A stretch of 64,000 nt of DNA from a bacterium (GTDB taxonomy: Bacteria > DRYD01). Both the position numbers and the translations under genes were made by a program. Positions 29,061-38,441 of this stretch are shown in pieces (within the stretch, counting starts at the first letter, position 1; each line of letters begins with the position of its first letter). Below the pieces are notes generated by a model. That model did not search any database, was not told the DNA's origin, and worked only from the letters and a program-made list of their open reading frames with translations. The stretch covers positions 160,001-224,000 of the forward strand of contig JBCNVB010000013.1 of the NCBI GenBank assembly GCA_039630415.1. The letters are read 5' to 3'.

Positions 29061-31970
29061 ATGTTGAGTAGAATTTGTTATTTTGTTAGAAAATACAACA
29101 TAGATATTTTACTTCTTTATTCAATTTTGGTTTTAATTTTTTTTGTACCTATTAAAGATAAGGTAATAGGATGTGTTGATACATTTAATCAGTTTTTACC
29201 CTTGAGGATTTTTTATAGTAACTGCTTGAAAAGTGGTGATTTCCCTTTATGGTATCCTTATCAAGGATTAGGCTTACCTTTTTTAGGTATACTACAAGCT
29301 AGTGGATTGTATCCAATTAATATTATATTGTTTAAATTTTTTGATCCCTATTGGGCGTATAACCTAGGTATTTATATTCATTTCATTATGGTACAATTTT
29401 TTGGATTTTTGTATGCTAATTATGTTTATAGAAAAATAGGTTTGGATAGGTTATACTCATTCCTTAGTGGTTTTTTATTCGGATTAACTGGTATAGTTAT
29501 ATCTCATTGTGATTTTGTTCCTTTTCAAAACTCTGTAGTTTATCTTCCGTTAAGTTTATTATTCCTACATTTGATTATAGATGAGTGGGGTAAATATAGG
29601 GGGACAAAATATGGAAAGATAAGGTTGTTTATATGGTTTATGGGATTAAGTATAAGTTTGGGATATCAACTTTTGGCTGGCTATCCACAAGCCTTTGTGT
29701 ATACCCTTATACTCCTTTTTTTGTTTACTTTACTAATGAATTTTCGTTTCATTCTAGTACTTATTAGTGCTATGGTATTTAATTTACCTTTGACGTTTAT
29801 TTTTCTATATGAAGCATGGACTCTATTGAATGGTTCGATTAGAGATTACATTAGGTTTGAAATATATAATCAGGGTGGTTTCCCATTGTACGGATTACTT
29901 AATCAAGTTTTACCTTTTATATATGGTGGGAGTGTGAATAATCCAGACTATTATGGGCCTCTTACTGGAACTATACCTATGGAATTCTTCTTCTACATTT
30001 CTTTTTTTGCACTTCCATTGACTGTTTTTGCCTATATTAAAATATTTTCCAATCCTAAATTAAGGAGAGAAATGGCTATTTACTGCATACTAGGAATTGT
30101 TTGTTTTGTTTTAGCTATGGGTAAGTATAATTTGATTTTACATCATATAATGTTTGACTTACCTGTTTATTCAAAGATGAGGTTAGCAGCTAGGCATTTT
30201 ATGGAGATCTGTTTTGTTCAATCTTTAGTTATTCCTATCGGGATATACTTTATTTTGAGTGGGTACACACAACTTATTAGATTTATTAAGGTTGCTTTTT
30301 TTACTTATCTGTTTATCATTTTAGTTTCCATAGGTTTTTTAATAAACCCTGAGATTAGTAGTAAGATTTCTAAGTTAAGTATTAAAAGTTACGACCTTTA
30401 CTTTCCCTTGGTTTTGGGCCTACTTTTTATATGTTCATTACTTGTATACTACTTCCAGCGATATGTTAGATTTGTCAAAGTTAATAAAACGCAGATTATT
30501 TTAGTTTTAGTTATTATATTTTTCGCTGAGAGTTTGTTTGTTTTTTATAATTTGTATCCTTCGTATACTAACAATGGTTGGGCTAAAAAGGAAAACATAC
30601 GAAAATACTTAGAGTACATCTCCAAGCTTGATAAGCAGTACAGAGTTTGTTATTTTACCGGATTTTCAGTGCTCTTTCCAGGAGTTGCTGGACAAAGAAT
30701 GCTTAATCATTATGACCCTATTATACCTTTTAGCTTAATTGAATTTTTTAATATATGGACTAATGGCTTTTTTGTTTATCCGTATGATTATTTCTATATC
30801 CTAACCAACGCCATTATAAGTAAACTCTCAGTAAAGTACATCTTTATTAACAAAGATTTTAGAAATAAATACAATAACTTTATCGATGTTGGATCTCTTA
30901 AGCTAGTTAATTTGGAATCTTTAAGAAGGGAAACTAAGAGACTTACATTTTCTAATTTTGAGAATTTAGCCAGACTTTCAAAAAATTTACAATTTGATTC
31001 TAATAATCAAACTATTAAACTATTAACTGGTTCTAAGTTGACTGTTAGATTTAGTAGCAACTTGTATAACAGAGTTGTGATGGTTTGTTTCAAGGCTAAC
31101 GTTAGTAGGATGAGTTTTTGGTATAGATACAGAAGATTAGCTTTTGAATTAACTGACGGGTTGGGTATAGAGATAAGGGACTCTAAGGATAAGAGAATTG
31201 GATATTATTTTTTGAATGATTACTATCTTCCAAACGTTGGTTTTAAGACATTTTGTATTCCTTTTATCTGTGGAACAGATAATTACGATGATTTGAAGGG
31301 TTTATATGTCAATATTTATCCTATCGATAGTTATGGTAGGAGGTATGAGATAAAAGATTTGGAGGTATATATTTTTCCTATGAAAGTCCCCGCATACGAT
31401 TTAGTTGCTAATAAAGAGTTTATGGGAAGAGCTTATTTATATGATAGTAGATTTATGGATTATGATTTGTATATTAATCCACAGGCATTGCCATTGATTT
31501 TTGTACCTGAGAAGATTCACTTTGCGAAGGGGATAGATGAGATAAAGTATGGTATACTGACATTAAAGTATGGTATGAGGGATGTAGTAGTCATGGATAG
31601 TGAAAGGTATATGTTTAAGGGTAGGAGATTGAGTAAGCCTAGTATAAAGATGTTGAAGGATTCGTGGAATTATGTTGAGTTTTATTATAAGAATGATGGT
31701 GAAGGTGTGGTGGTGTTTAACGATTTGTATTATAGGGGTTGGAAGGCTAAGTTTAATGGTAAAGAGGTTAAGATTTTTAGGGCTAATGGGTTGGTTAAGG
31801 GTTTATTGTTGGGTAGGGGTGAGGGTGTTGTAAGGGTTTATTATGAGCCTTTTCCGAAAGTTTTATTATGGTTAAATATTTTGTTTATTTTTGGTTATTT
31901 ATTTTTGTGGGTTACACTCTTTTTGCGCCTGCGTAGTGTTGAGCCCAATAGCCTTCAGTCAAGCTACTGA
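29061..31970 (+). CDS. YfhO-family GT-C membrane glycosyltransferase, paralog 2
   Basis: Same motifs; colinear with paralog 1 over its full length. Confidence 0.85.
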   Translation: MLSRICYFVRKYNIDILLLYSILVLIFFVPIKDKVIGCVDTFNQFLPLRIFYSNCLKSGDFPLWYPYQGLGLPFLGILQASGLYPINIILFKFFDPYWAYNLGIYIHFIMVQFFGFLYANYVYRKIGLDRLYSFLSGFLFGLTGIVISHCDFVPFQNSVVYLPLSLLFLHLIIDEWGKYRGTKYGKIRLFIWFMGLSISLGYQLLAGYPQAFVYTLILLFLFTLLMNFRFILVLISAMVFNLPLTFIFLYEAWTLLNGSIRDYIRFEIYNQGGFPLYGLLNQVLPFIYGGSVNNPDYYGPLTGTIPMEFFFYISFFALPLTVFAYIKIFSNPKLRREMAIYCILGIVCFVLAMGKYNLILHHIMFDLPVYSKMRLAARHFMEICFVQSLVIPIGIYFILSGYTQLIRFIKVAFFTYLFIILVSIGFLINPEISSKISKLSIKSYDLYFPLVLGLLFICSLLVYYFQRYVRFVKVNKTQIILVLVIIFFAESLFVFYNLYPSYTNNGWAKKENIRKYLEYISKLDKQYRVCYFTGFSVLFPGVAGQRMLNHYDPIIPFSLIEFFNIWTNGFFVYPYDYFYILTNAIISKLSVKYIFINKDFRNKYNNFIDVGSLKLVNLESLRRETKRLTFSNFENLARLSKNLQFDSNNQTIKLLTGSKLTVRFSSNLYNRVVMVCFKANVSRMSFWYRYRRLAFELTDGLGIEIRDSKDKRIGYYFLNDYYLPNVGFKTFCIPFICGTDNYDDLKGLYVNIYPIDSYGRRYEIKDLEVYIFPMKVPAYDLVANKEFMGRAYLYDSRFMDYDLYINPQALPLIFVPEKIHFAKGIDEIKYGILTLKYGMRDVVVMDSERYMFKGRRLSKPSIKMLKDSWNYVEFYYKNDGEGVVVFNDLYYRGWKAKFNGKEVKIFRANGLVKGLLLGRGEGVVRVYYEPFPKVLLWLNILFIFGYLFLWVTLFLRLRSVEPNSLQSSY

Positions 31971-32793
31971 TAATTACTCCTTTTCTGCTATTTGCTGCGT
32001 GTACAAATTTACCGTTTCCTATGTATATTCCTACGTGTGATATACCTGATGTATAGGTGTTAGCGAAGAATACTAGATCACCGGGTTGAAGTTGATTACG
32101 GCTAACAGGCATTCCAACATTGTACTGTGCGTCTGCTGTTCTAGGTATTTTTCTACCTAGTTTTTTGAATATCCAGTATACAAGTCCCGAGCAGTCGAAG
32201 CAATGTGGTCCTGCAGCTCCGAAAACATAAGGTTTACCCACCTGTTGTAGGGCTAAATTAACTATAGCTGAAGAGCCTCCACCAACGAAACCCATTTCGA
32301 AGGAAGGTCCTTCAACTTGATTCTGAGGACCGTATGTTGGGAAACCATTTGTTGGTGGAAATCCCAAAGTACTGGGAAAACCTCCAAAATTTGGAAGAGG
32401 AAGCGGCATAAATGGCCCATTAGGTAGTTGCATTATGTTAGGATTCAACGTACTTTGACCCTGATTCATAGAGCTCATCATTAACATTAACATCAACATT
32501 AGTAACATAATTAACATCTGGTTATTTATCTGGTTAAAATTGGCATGTTGGGCCATGTGGGGGAAGCCTAGTGAAAGTGGAGAAAAACTGCTAAAAGGAA
32601 AATTAAGTATATTTATGTTTATGTTTGTGATGTTTATGTTTTGAGTCATGTTTGTTAGACTTGATAGATTTAGTGAATCTGTTATTCCTGGTAAATTTTG
32701 ATTAATATTCAGTGTTGATATATTAGCTGAGAATGTGGATATATTTTGTAGGTGTAGATTTGAGAAATTGTTTATTAAGTTAACTCCGAACAT
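31912..32793 (-). CDS. NlpC/P60 (C40) peptidoglycan endopeptidase with long low-complexity N-terminus
   Basis: GKPYVFG, FDCSGL, PRTA, PGDLVFF, SHVGIY, FVHA. GAGGTG RBS places the start at ATG 32793 (MFGVN...). Confidence 0.92.
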   Translation of the reverse strand: MFGVNLINNFSNLHLQNISTFSANISTLNINQNLPGITDSLNLSSLTNMTQNINITNININILNFPFSSFSPLSLGFPHMAQHANFNQINNQMLIMLLMLMLMLMMSSMNQGQSTLNPNIMQLPNGPFMPLPLPNFGGFPSTLGFPPTNGFPTYGPQNQVEGPSFEMGFVGGGSSAIVNLALQQVGKPYVFGAAGPHCFDCSGLVYWIFKKLGRKIPRTADAQYNVGMPVSRNQLQPGDLVFFANTYTSGISHVGIYIGNGKFVHAANSRKGVIISSLTEGYWAQHYAGAKRV

Positions 32794-32917
32794 ATTGATC
32801 ACCTCTATTTATGGATATTTATTTCCTCGAGCTGAGAGTAAATATATTTTTTGTAAAAAATGTAAAAAAACTATGAAAGTCATAAAATTTTATGTTATGG
32901 AGGATAGGTGTGTATTA

Positions 32918-32926
32918 TGGTAGAAT
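32918..32926 (+). promoter_or_regulatory. Extended -10 promoter for the tRNA-Phe transcription unit
   Basis: TG-G-TAGAAT, 22 nt upstream of tRNA-Phe. Confidence 0.5.
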
Positions 32927-32948
32927 AAGAGAAGTAGAGTAAAAGAGA

Positions 32949-33021
32949 GCCGAGGTAGCTCAGGAGGTAGAGCAGCGGACTGAAAATCCGTGTGTCCCCA
33001 GTTCGACTCTGGGCCTCGGCA
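32949..33021 (+). tRNA. tRNA-Phe(GAA)
   Basis: Acceptor GCCGAGG/CCTCGGC+A, TAGCTCAGGAGGTAGAGC, anticodon arm GCGGA-CT-GAA-AA-TCCGT, T-arm CCCAG-TTCGACT-CTGGG. No encoded CCA. Confidence 0.97.
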
Positions 33022-33030
33022 TATATCACC

Positions 33031-33243
33031 ATGTCTAGATTAGTTAGATTTTCTCAAAAAGAACCGTTACCTATAGAGTGTGGAGATAAGAAAATCTGGA
33101 TTTGCATGTGTGGTCTTAGCGATAAATTCCCCTATTGCTCCGGAAAACATAAATACACAAAAGACGAAGAAGAAGACAAGGACTACGTATATGATCAAAG
33201 TTATCAAAAAAAGCAGGTAGAAAAGATTATTTTTGTTGAGTAA
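33031..33243 (+). CDS. CDGSH iron-sulfur (NEET-type 2Fe-2S) domain protein
   Basis: WICMCGLSDKFPYCSGKH fits C-x-C-x2-S-x3-P-x-C-(D)G-x-H. Start moved to ATG 33031 because the track start lies inside tRNA-Phe. Confidence 0.88.
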   Translation: MSRLVRFSQKEPLPIECGDKKIWICMCGLSDKFPYCSGKHKYTKDEEEDKDYVYDQSYQKKQVEKIIFVE

Positions 33244-34280
33244 TGACCAAATGGTTATCAGGATACTACGAGGATAATATAATCTTTGCGGCTGAGATAA
33301 TAAAGAAGGGTGGACTAGTAGCTTTCCCAACCGAAACAGTATATGGACTGGGAGCGAATGCTCTAGATAAAATAGCTGTTGCAAGAGTTTTTGAGGTCAA
33401 AGGTAGGCCAGATTTTGATCCTCTAATAGTTCACATAGCTTCAAAAGAGGATATATATCTTTATGCTGAAGGGGTTGAAAAAGAGGTAGAAAAGTTAATA
33501 GATCATTTTTGGCCTGGTCCTTTGACGATTGTATTACCCAAAAAAGATTCTATACCCTCGATAGTTACTGCTGGTTTAAGTACGGTGGCTATAAGGATGC
33601 CAAAGAATCCAATTGCTCTTAAATTGATAAAATACTCGGGAGTTCCTATAGCAGCTCCGAGTGCAAATCCTTTTGGATATATTTCTCCCACTTCAGCTTT
33701 TCAGGTGGCAGATACTCTGTATGGTAAAATAGATTGTATACTTGATGGGGGAAAATGTGAGTTTGGGCTAGAATCTACGGTATTAGCTTTTGACAATGGA
33801 GAGTTTTATCTTCTAAGGCCAGGAGCTTTGGATCTCGAAACCATAGAAAAGGTAATTTGTAAACCTATAAGACTTTATGATAGCGACAAAATTCTTTCTC
33901 CTGGGCAGTCACCTAGACATTATAGCCCTAAGAAAAATACTATTCTCATATACCCACATCTGGATCATGAACAAATAGATTTTACGGAGACTATCAAGAA
34001 GATCTATAATTACTTGACTGCTAATCAGATTGATTCAAAGGACTTATTTTTAATCTTACCATGTAAGAATTTTGATATTAATGAAAAGAGTTTTGGGATG
34101 GTGGATTACTTATCTGATGAGTTTGATTTAAAGACTATGGCATCAAACTTATTTGAAAAGCTATACTTAGCTGATAAATCTTCGCAGAATACTATAATGA
34201 TTATTGGCGTTCCTATGAAACATCTAGGCTTGTCAATAATGAATCGTTTAGAAAAAGCTTCTAATATCGTAATAAGATGA
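33243..34280 (+). CDS. tsaC: L-threonylcarbamoyladenylate synthase (Sua5-type, long)
   Basis: FPTETVYGL, KGRP..PLIVH, FWPGPLT, AAPSAN, GLEST, RPG, SPGQ..RHYSP plus Sua5 C-domain. Confidence 0.95.
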   Translation: MTKWLSGYYEDNIIFAAEIIKKGGLVAFPTETVYGLGANALDKIAVARVFEVKGRPDFDPLIVHIASKEDIYLYAEGVEKEVEKLIDHFWPGPLTIVLPKKDSIPSIVTAGLSTVAIRMPKNPIALKLIKYSGVPIAAPSANPFGYISPTSAFQVADTLYGKIDCILDGGKCEFGLESTVLAFDNGEFYLLRPGALDLETIEKVICKPIRLYDSDKILSPGQSPRHYSPKKNTILIYPHLDHEQIDFTETIKKIYNYLTANQIDSKDLFLILPCKNFDINEKSFGMVDYLSDEFDLKTMASNLFEKLYLADKSSQNTIMIIGVPMKHLGLSIMNRLEKASNIVIR

Positions 34281-35779
34281 ACTTTTTTATATTTTTGTTG
34301 GTTTTAGTATTGATCTTGTTTCCTTGCATATCTGAAAATAAAAGTAATCAAAATCAAGAGAATGTAAAGTACATATATCATACGAGTGACAATTTGTTTT
34401 ATGATGCTAAAAGTAAGGTTGTAGAGTTAAAGGGAAATGTAAATATTTATTATTCTGATACGAAGGTAAGAAGTGACTTTTTTAGGTATTATGAAGAGAG
34501 AAAGTACGGTATAGCAGAAGGAAATCCCAGATTATACAATCCTAGGGCATATATGAGAGCTGAATTTGTCGAACTATTTTTTGATAATAAACAAGCTATT
34601 GCAAAAAATAACGTATATATAAAGCTTAAGAATGATAAAAAAGATAAGGATAAAAAATGGGAATATTTTGAAATATTTTGTAATGAGTTAGTGTATAATT
34701 GGGAGAAACAGAACATATTTATTCCAAATGGTGTGAAAATAGTTTCAAAGGATTTATACTTAACTGCAAATCAGTTAATATATAATGACAAAACCAGAAT
34801 ACTTATTTTGAAAGGAAATGTAAATGGAAAACAGAAGGATCAGTCAATCAGAGCTGAAAAGGTAACCTATGATCTAGACAAAGAATTCGTTAAAATAGAA
34901 GGTAATGTCAAGTCTGTAATAAGGGTTTCAGAATCTGTGCAAACTACAGATCAGAGGGATTCGGAAACATCTGAACAAAAACTCATACACTTACAAACTA
35001 AAGAAATATACGATAATGTTCTAAGAGAAAATAGAAGAATTGTGGATTACTTTATTAGTTCGATGGGAGGTATACCGAATATAGACATATATCTGAACTA
35101 TTATACTAGGGTTGAGGTGTATAAACATCAAACCGAATACCATTTTTACAATGTAGACTTAGCTAATAAACATTTTGTTTTTTTACCTTTTTATCCCAAG
35201 ATTAGTCTGGAGTACAGCTATCCAGACAAATTTGTTGGGCTATATGTATACCCTGCTAATGACTTGTTTTTTGAAAATTACAAGGAATGCTTGGAATTTA
35301 TAAAGGATAAGCTAGGTAGCGGTGTACATAGTGATAAGGGTATACTATTTACCAGTTTTGATGGATTTAAAATAGTCAATTTTGAGGAGCAGGATAAAGT
35401 TAATTTAAACAGAGAATTTTTGTACCATACTTATAACAAAGTTGCAGGATATTTTTTCGAATTCCCTAAAAATATCGAGTTTTTTGAAATTTTTAAGAGT
35501 AGCTCTTACTCAAGAGATAAGAATATATTTTTCATTTTAGGTAAGAATTTTTGGCAGAATATTTCGGATTATGAGAGGATTGTTTTTAATAAGTATGATT
35601 TTAATGTTAACATTTTACTTGATGTAAATCAAGTTGAAAGTTTCAATTACAATCCGGATGAGTACTATAAGTTTCTTTTTTGGAAGTCTTATCTTTATGG
35701 TTGCAAAATTTATGTGAATAAGATGATTTATTCAAAAGTACCGTACTTTAGAATTCTTACAAGAGGAGATAAGGAATGA
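34277..35779 (+). CDS. LptA/OstA beta-jellyroll protein with an additional C-terminal domain
   Basis: Signal peptide; repeated SD.L.YD...L.GNV / AE...Y...GNV strands over about the first 220 aa. Confidence 0.7.
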   Translation: MNFFIFLLVLVLILFPCISENKSNQNQENVKYIYHTSDNLFYDAKSKVVELKGNVNIYYSDTKVRSDFFRYYEERKYGIAEGNPRLYNPRAYMRAEFVELFFDNKQAIAKNNVYIKLKNDKKDKDKKWEYFEIFCNELVYNWEKQNIFIPNGVKIVSKDLYLTANQLIYNDKTRILILKGNVNGKQKDQSIRAEKVTYDLDKEFVKIEGNVKSVIRVSESVQTTDQRDSETSEQKLIHLQTKEIYDNVLRENRRIVDYFISSMGGIPNIDIYLNYYTRVEVYKHQTEYHFYNVDLANKHFVFLPFYPKISLEYSYPDKFVGLYVYPANDLFFENYKECLEFIKDKLGSGVHSDKGILFTSFDGFKIVNFEEQDKVNLNREFLYHTYNKVAGYFFEFPKNIEFFEIFKSSSYSRDKNIFFILGKNFWQNISDYERIVFNKYDFNVNILLDVNQVESFNYNPDEYYKFLFWKSYLYGCKIYVNKMIYSKVPYFRILTRGDKE

Positions 35780-36921
35780 GGGTTGGTATAGGGTTTACTT
35801 TTCCTGGATCAATTCATTTTGAAGGGAAGGAGATTTATCCATTAAGGATAGCTGGTGATACACTGCAGGCATATTGGTTAATAAAACATCTTATGGATGA
35901 TGTTAGTTTTAGTTCTGTTTCTGAAAATAACGATATAAATCATCTGTTCTATTTTGATTTTTCATACTTTATCTCCTCAGTGGATATCAAGCTGGGATTA
36001 ACTCCTAATTTTTTTAACTTTTTGTACTATAATCTTTTTGTAAGTGCTTCTTATTTTACGAGATTTTTTTCGAGATATTTCACTGGTTTAGCTTTCTTAT
36101 TAAAAAAACTTAAGTTTTTTTTCAAAAATTACGATGCTATAAAAAATTTTAGTAGATGGTTTATTGAAAAACAAAAGATAAAGTACGTAATTTTTAGCTC
36201 AGAATGGGAAAAATCTCAATTTGTAACATTTCTAAAGGATTTAGGTATACATGTTGAAAGACTTAATCTAATTGTTATGGATAATTTTATAGATTTTGAA
36301 GAGATAGATTATGCATTGGATGTTAGTTGGTCTTACTTGAAGATTATTAAAGATTTGCCAAAGGAGTATATACTCATACTTTCCAGGTTTGATAGAGTCA
36401 AGAATATACATCCTTTTATTATTAGTTACTATAGGAATAGGATCAATAGGGATTTACCTGTAGTTATTGTTGGAACAATTCAGGATTATGATGTGGATTA
36501 CTATAAAACTCTTAAATCTTTTGAGGGAAAAGAGGTAAAGATCATAAACGTAAATAGTTTTCTTGATTTTGTGGAGGATAGTAGAAAAAGGTATCTTGTA
36601 ACTAGAGCTATTAGTTTAGGATTAATAAAAAGTTGTTATGTAGTAACTATACCTTCATTGGTTGAGAGTTTTGGTTATGTAGGGATAGAGGGGTTGTATC
36701 TTGGTAAACCTGTTGTGGTTACCCAAAATAGTCCATATCCTGAAATTTTAGGTCAATATGTTAATAAATCTCTAAAACTTATTGACCCCCTTAGATTGGA
36801 TTTGAACTATGATCTTTTCTGCTTTAGTGAATATATTTACATTGGTGACTATCTAAGGCAAAGGTTTGATGCAAAGCAAATTTGTAAGAAATACCTAAAA
36901 ATATGGCAGGATTGTAGATAG
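35776..36921 (+). CDS. Glycosyltransferase (GT4-like, GT-B)
   Basis: LSRFDRVKN and PSLVESFGYVGIEG...GKPVV. Confidence 0.82.
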   Translation: MRVGIGFTFPGSIHFEGKEIYPLRIAGDTLQAYWLIKHLMDDVSFSSVSENNDINHLFYFDFSYFISSVDIKLGLTPNFFNFLYYNLFVSASYFTRFFSRYFTGLAFLLKKLKFFFKNYDAIKNFSRWFIEKQKIKYVIFSSEWEKSQFVTFLKDLGIHVERLNLIVMDNFIDFEEIDYALDVSWSYLKIIKDLPKEYILILSRFDRVKNIHPFIISYYRNRINRDLPVVIVGTIQDYDVDYYKTLKSFEGKEVKIINVNSFLDFVEDSRKRYLVTRAISLGLIKSCYVVTIPSLVESFGYVGIEGLYLGKPVVVTQNSPYPEILGQYVNKSLKLIDPLRLDLNYDLFCFSEYIYIGDYLRQRFDAKQICKKYLKIWQDCR

Positions 36922-36926
36922 GTGAT

Positions 36927-38441
36927 ATGTACGAAATAAAAGATCTTCTGTTTAAACTTGTTTCAATACCGAGTATAAATGGAACAGAAGGGGAGGTTAA
37001 AATAGCTCACTTCATATACGAATATCTTCTTGAGTGTAAGAAGAGCTATAACTTATATGATCAGGATCTATCTGTATTTTTCCAGCCAATTAAGCAAGAT
37101 ACTCTTGGAAGGAAGAACGTAATTGCGGTTATAAAGGGTAGAAAAAGTGAATCTAATAAGTGCATAGTTTTTCTGGGGCACTTTGATACAGTAGATATTG
37201 AGGATTATGGTAATATCAAACAATTTGCTTTTGATCCCATAAAGTTAAAAAGTAAGCTAAAGGAGATTTTACAAGAAAAGGGGTTGGAGTTTGAAGGATT
37301 TGAGTTTGGAAGAGGGATTTTTGATATGAAGGGAGGAATAGCGGTAAATATACAAGTACTAAACTATTTGGCTCAAAATATTGAGAATTTTTCAGGTTAC
37401 GTTATTTTTTTATTTGTTTGTGATGAGGAAGGAGATTCTAAGGGTATGATTAATGCCCTAGAGTTTCTTAGGAATTTTCAGAAAGACAGAGGTTTGGAAT
37501 TCATTTTTTGCATCAACACTGACTATAGTGTTGGAAAGAAAGTATATCTAGGAAGCATAGGTAAAGTTTTAGTTGGTATACTTGTAAGAGGAATTGAAAC
37601 TCATGTAGGGCAATCATTAGAAGGTATAAATCCAAACTACATTCTGTCTTGTATTCTGTCGAATGTTGAAAACAATACTGATCTAATTGAGTTTTTTGAA
37701 AATGAATTTACTAGTCCTCCAGTAGTAATGAAAGTAAGAGATATGAGAGAAAGTTACAATGTGAAAACTAACCTGTATGCATTTGCATATGTAAATCATT
37801 TGTTTTTTCAACGGGATTTTTCGTATATTCTGGGTTTATACAAAAGTATTGCAAAACAAACTGTTGAGAATATTATTGAAACAAGAATGAAATTAATTGA
37901 GAAATTGGGATTAGAATATCATATATCTACTATACCGGTTTACACTCTGCAAGAATTTTGTAGGATTTATGGTAAAAAGTTTAAAGTTGAAGAAAGTTTT
38001 GTGATTGATGGGAAATATCAAGACTATAGGGAAGGTCTTATTTATTTATTAAAGGATTGGATTGATAATTTGGGGGTTAATTATCCGTTAGTGTTGTTGT
38101 TCTATCTTCCACCATTTTATCCGAGTGTTAGAACTGATTTGGCTTTAAGAAAGCTTATACAAAGCTATTTTCAGAACTTGAATGATGAAATAGAAATTAG
38201 ATATTACTTCCCTTACATATCTGATTTGAGCTTTTTGGGACAGATAGGGGATTATGATTATCTAGAGGATAATATGGTGGGTAATTGTATAGATTTGAAG
38301 GATAAGATAAGTATGCCGTGTATAAATTGGGGTGTAACAGGATTTGATGCTCATAAATTTACTGAGAGGATTGAGATAGAGTATTCGCTTTATAAATTGC
38401 CTAGGTATTTATATGAATTCGTTCTGCAATTTTTATGTTGA
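36927..38441 (+). CDS. M20-family metallohydrolase (RocB-like)
   Basis: S.NGT.GE, GHFDTV..EDYG, GRG..DMKGG, DEE, ETHVG, FPYISDLS, DAHK.TER. Confidence 0.88.
   Translation: MYEIKDLLFKLVSIPSINGTEGEVKIAHFIYEYLLECKKSYNLYDQDLSVFFQPIKQDTLGRKNVIAVIKGRKSESNKCIVFLGHFDTVDIEDYGNIKQFAFDPIKLKSKLKEILQEKGLEFEGFEFGRGIFDMKGGIAVNIQVLNYLAQNIENFSGYVIFLFVCDEEGDSKGMINALEFLRNFQKDRGLEFIFCINTDYSVGKKVYLGSIGKVLVGILVRGIETHVGQSLEGINPNYILSCILSNVENNTDLIEFFENEFTSPPVVMKVRDMRESYNVKTNLYAFAYVNHLFFQRDFSYILGLYKSIAKQTVENIIETRMKLIEKLGLEYHISTIPVYTLQEFCRIYGKKFKVEESFVIDGKYQDYREGLIYLLKDWIDNLGVNYPLVLLFYLPPFYPSVRTDLALRKLIQSYFQNLNDEIEIRYYFPYISDLSFLGQIGDYDYLEDNMVGNCIDLKDKISMPCINWGVTGFDAHKFTERIEIEYSLYKLPRYLYEFVLQFLC

Larger units (their letters stand above)
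26146..31970 (+). repeat. Tandem gene duplication (two ~2.9-kb diverged copies)
   Basis: Long identical peptide blocks in both copies, e.g. GDFPLWYPYQGLGLPFLGI, RYRRLAFELTDGLGIEIRDSKD, KDSWNYVEFYYKNDG. Confidence 0.92.

Noticed and set aside
32992..33030. N-terminal extension of the CDGSH ORF given in the track
   Set aside because: Overlaps the T-arm and acceptor stem of tRNA-Phe; ATG 33031 is the plausible start.
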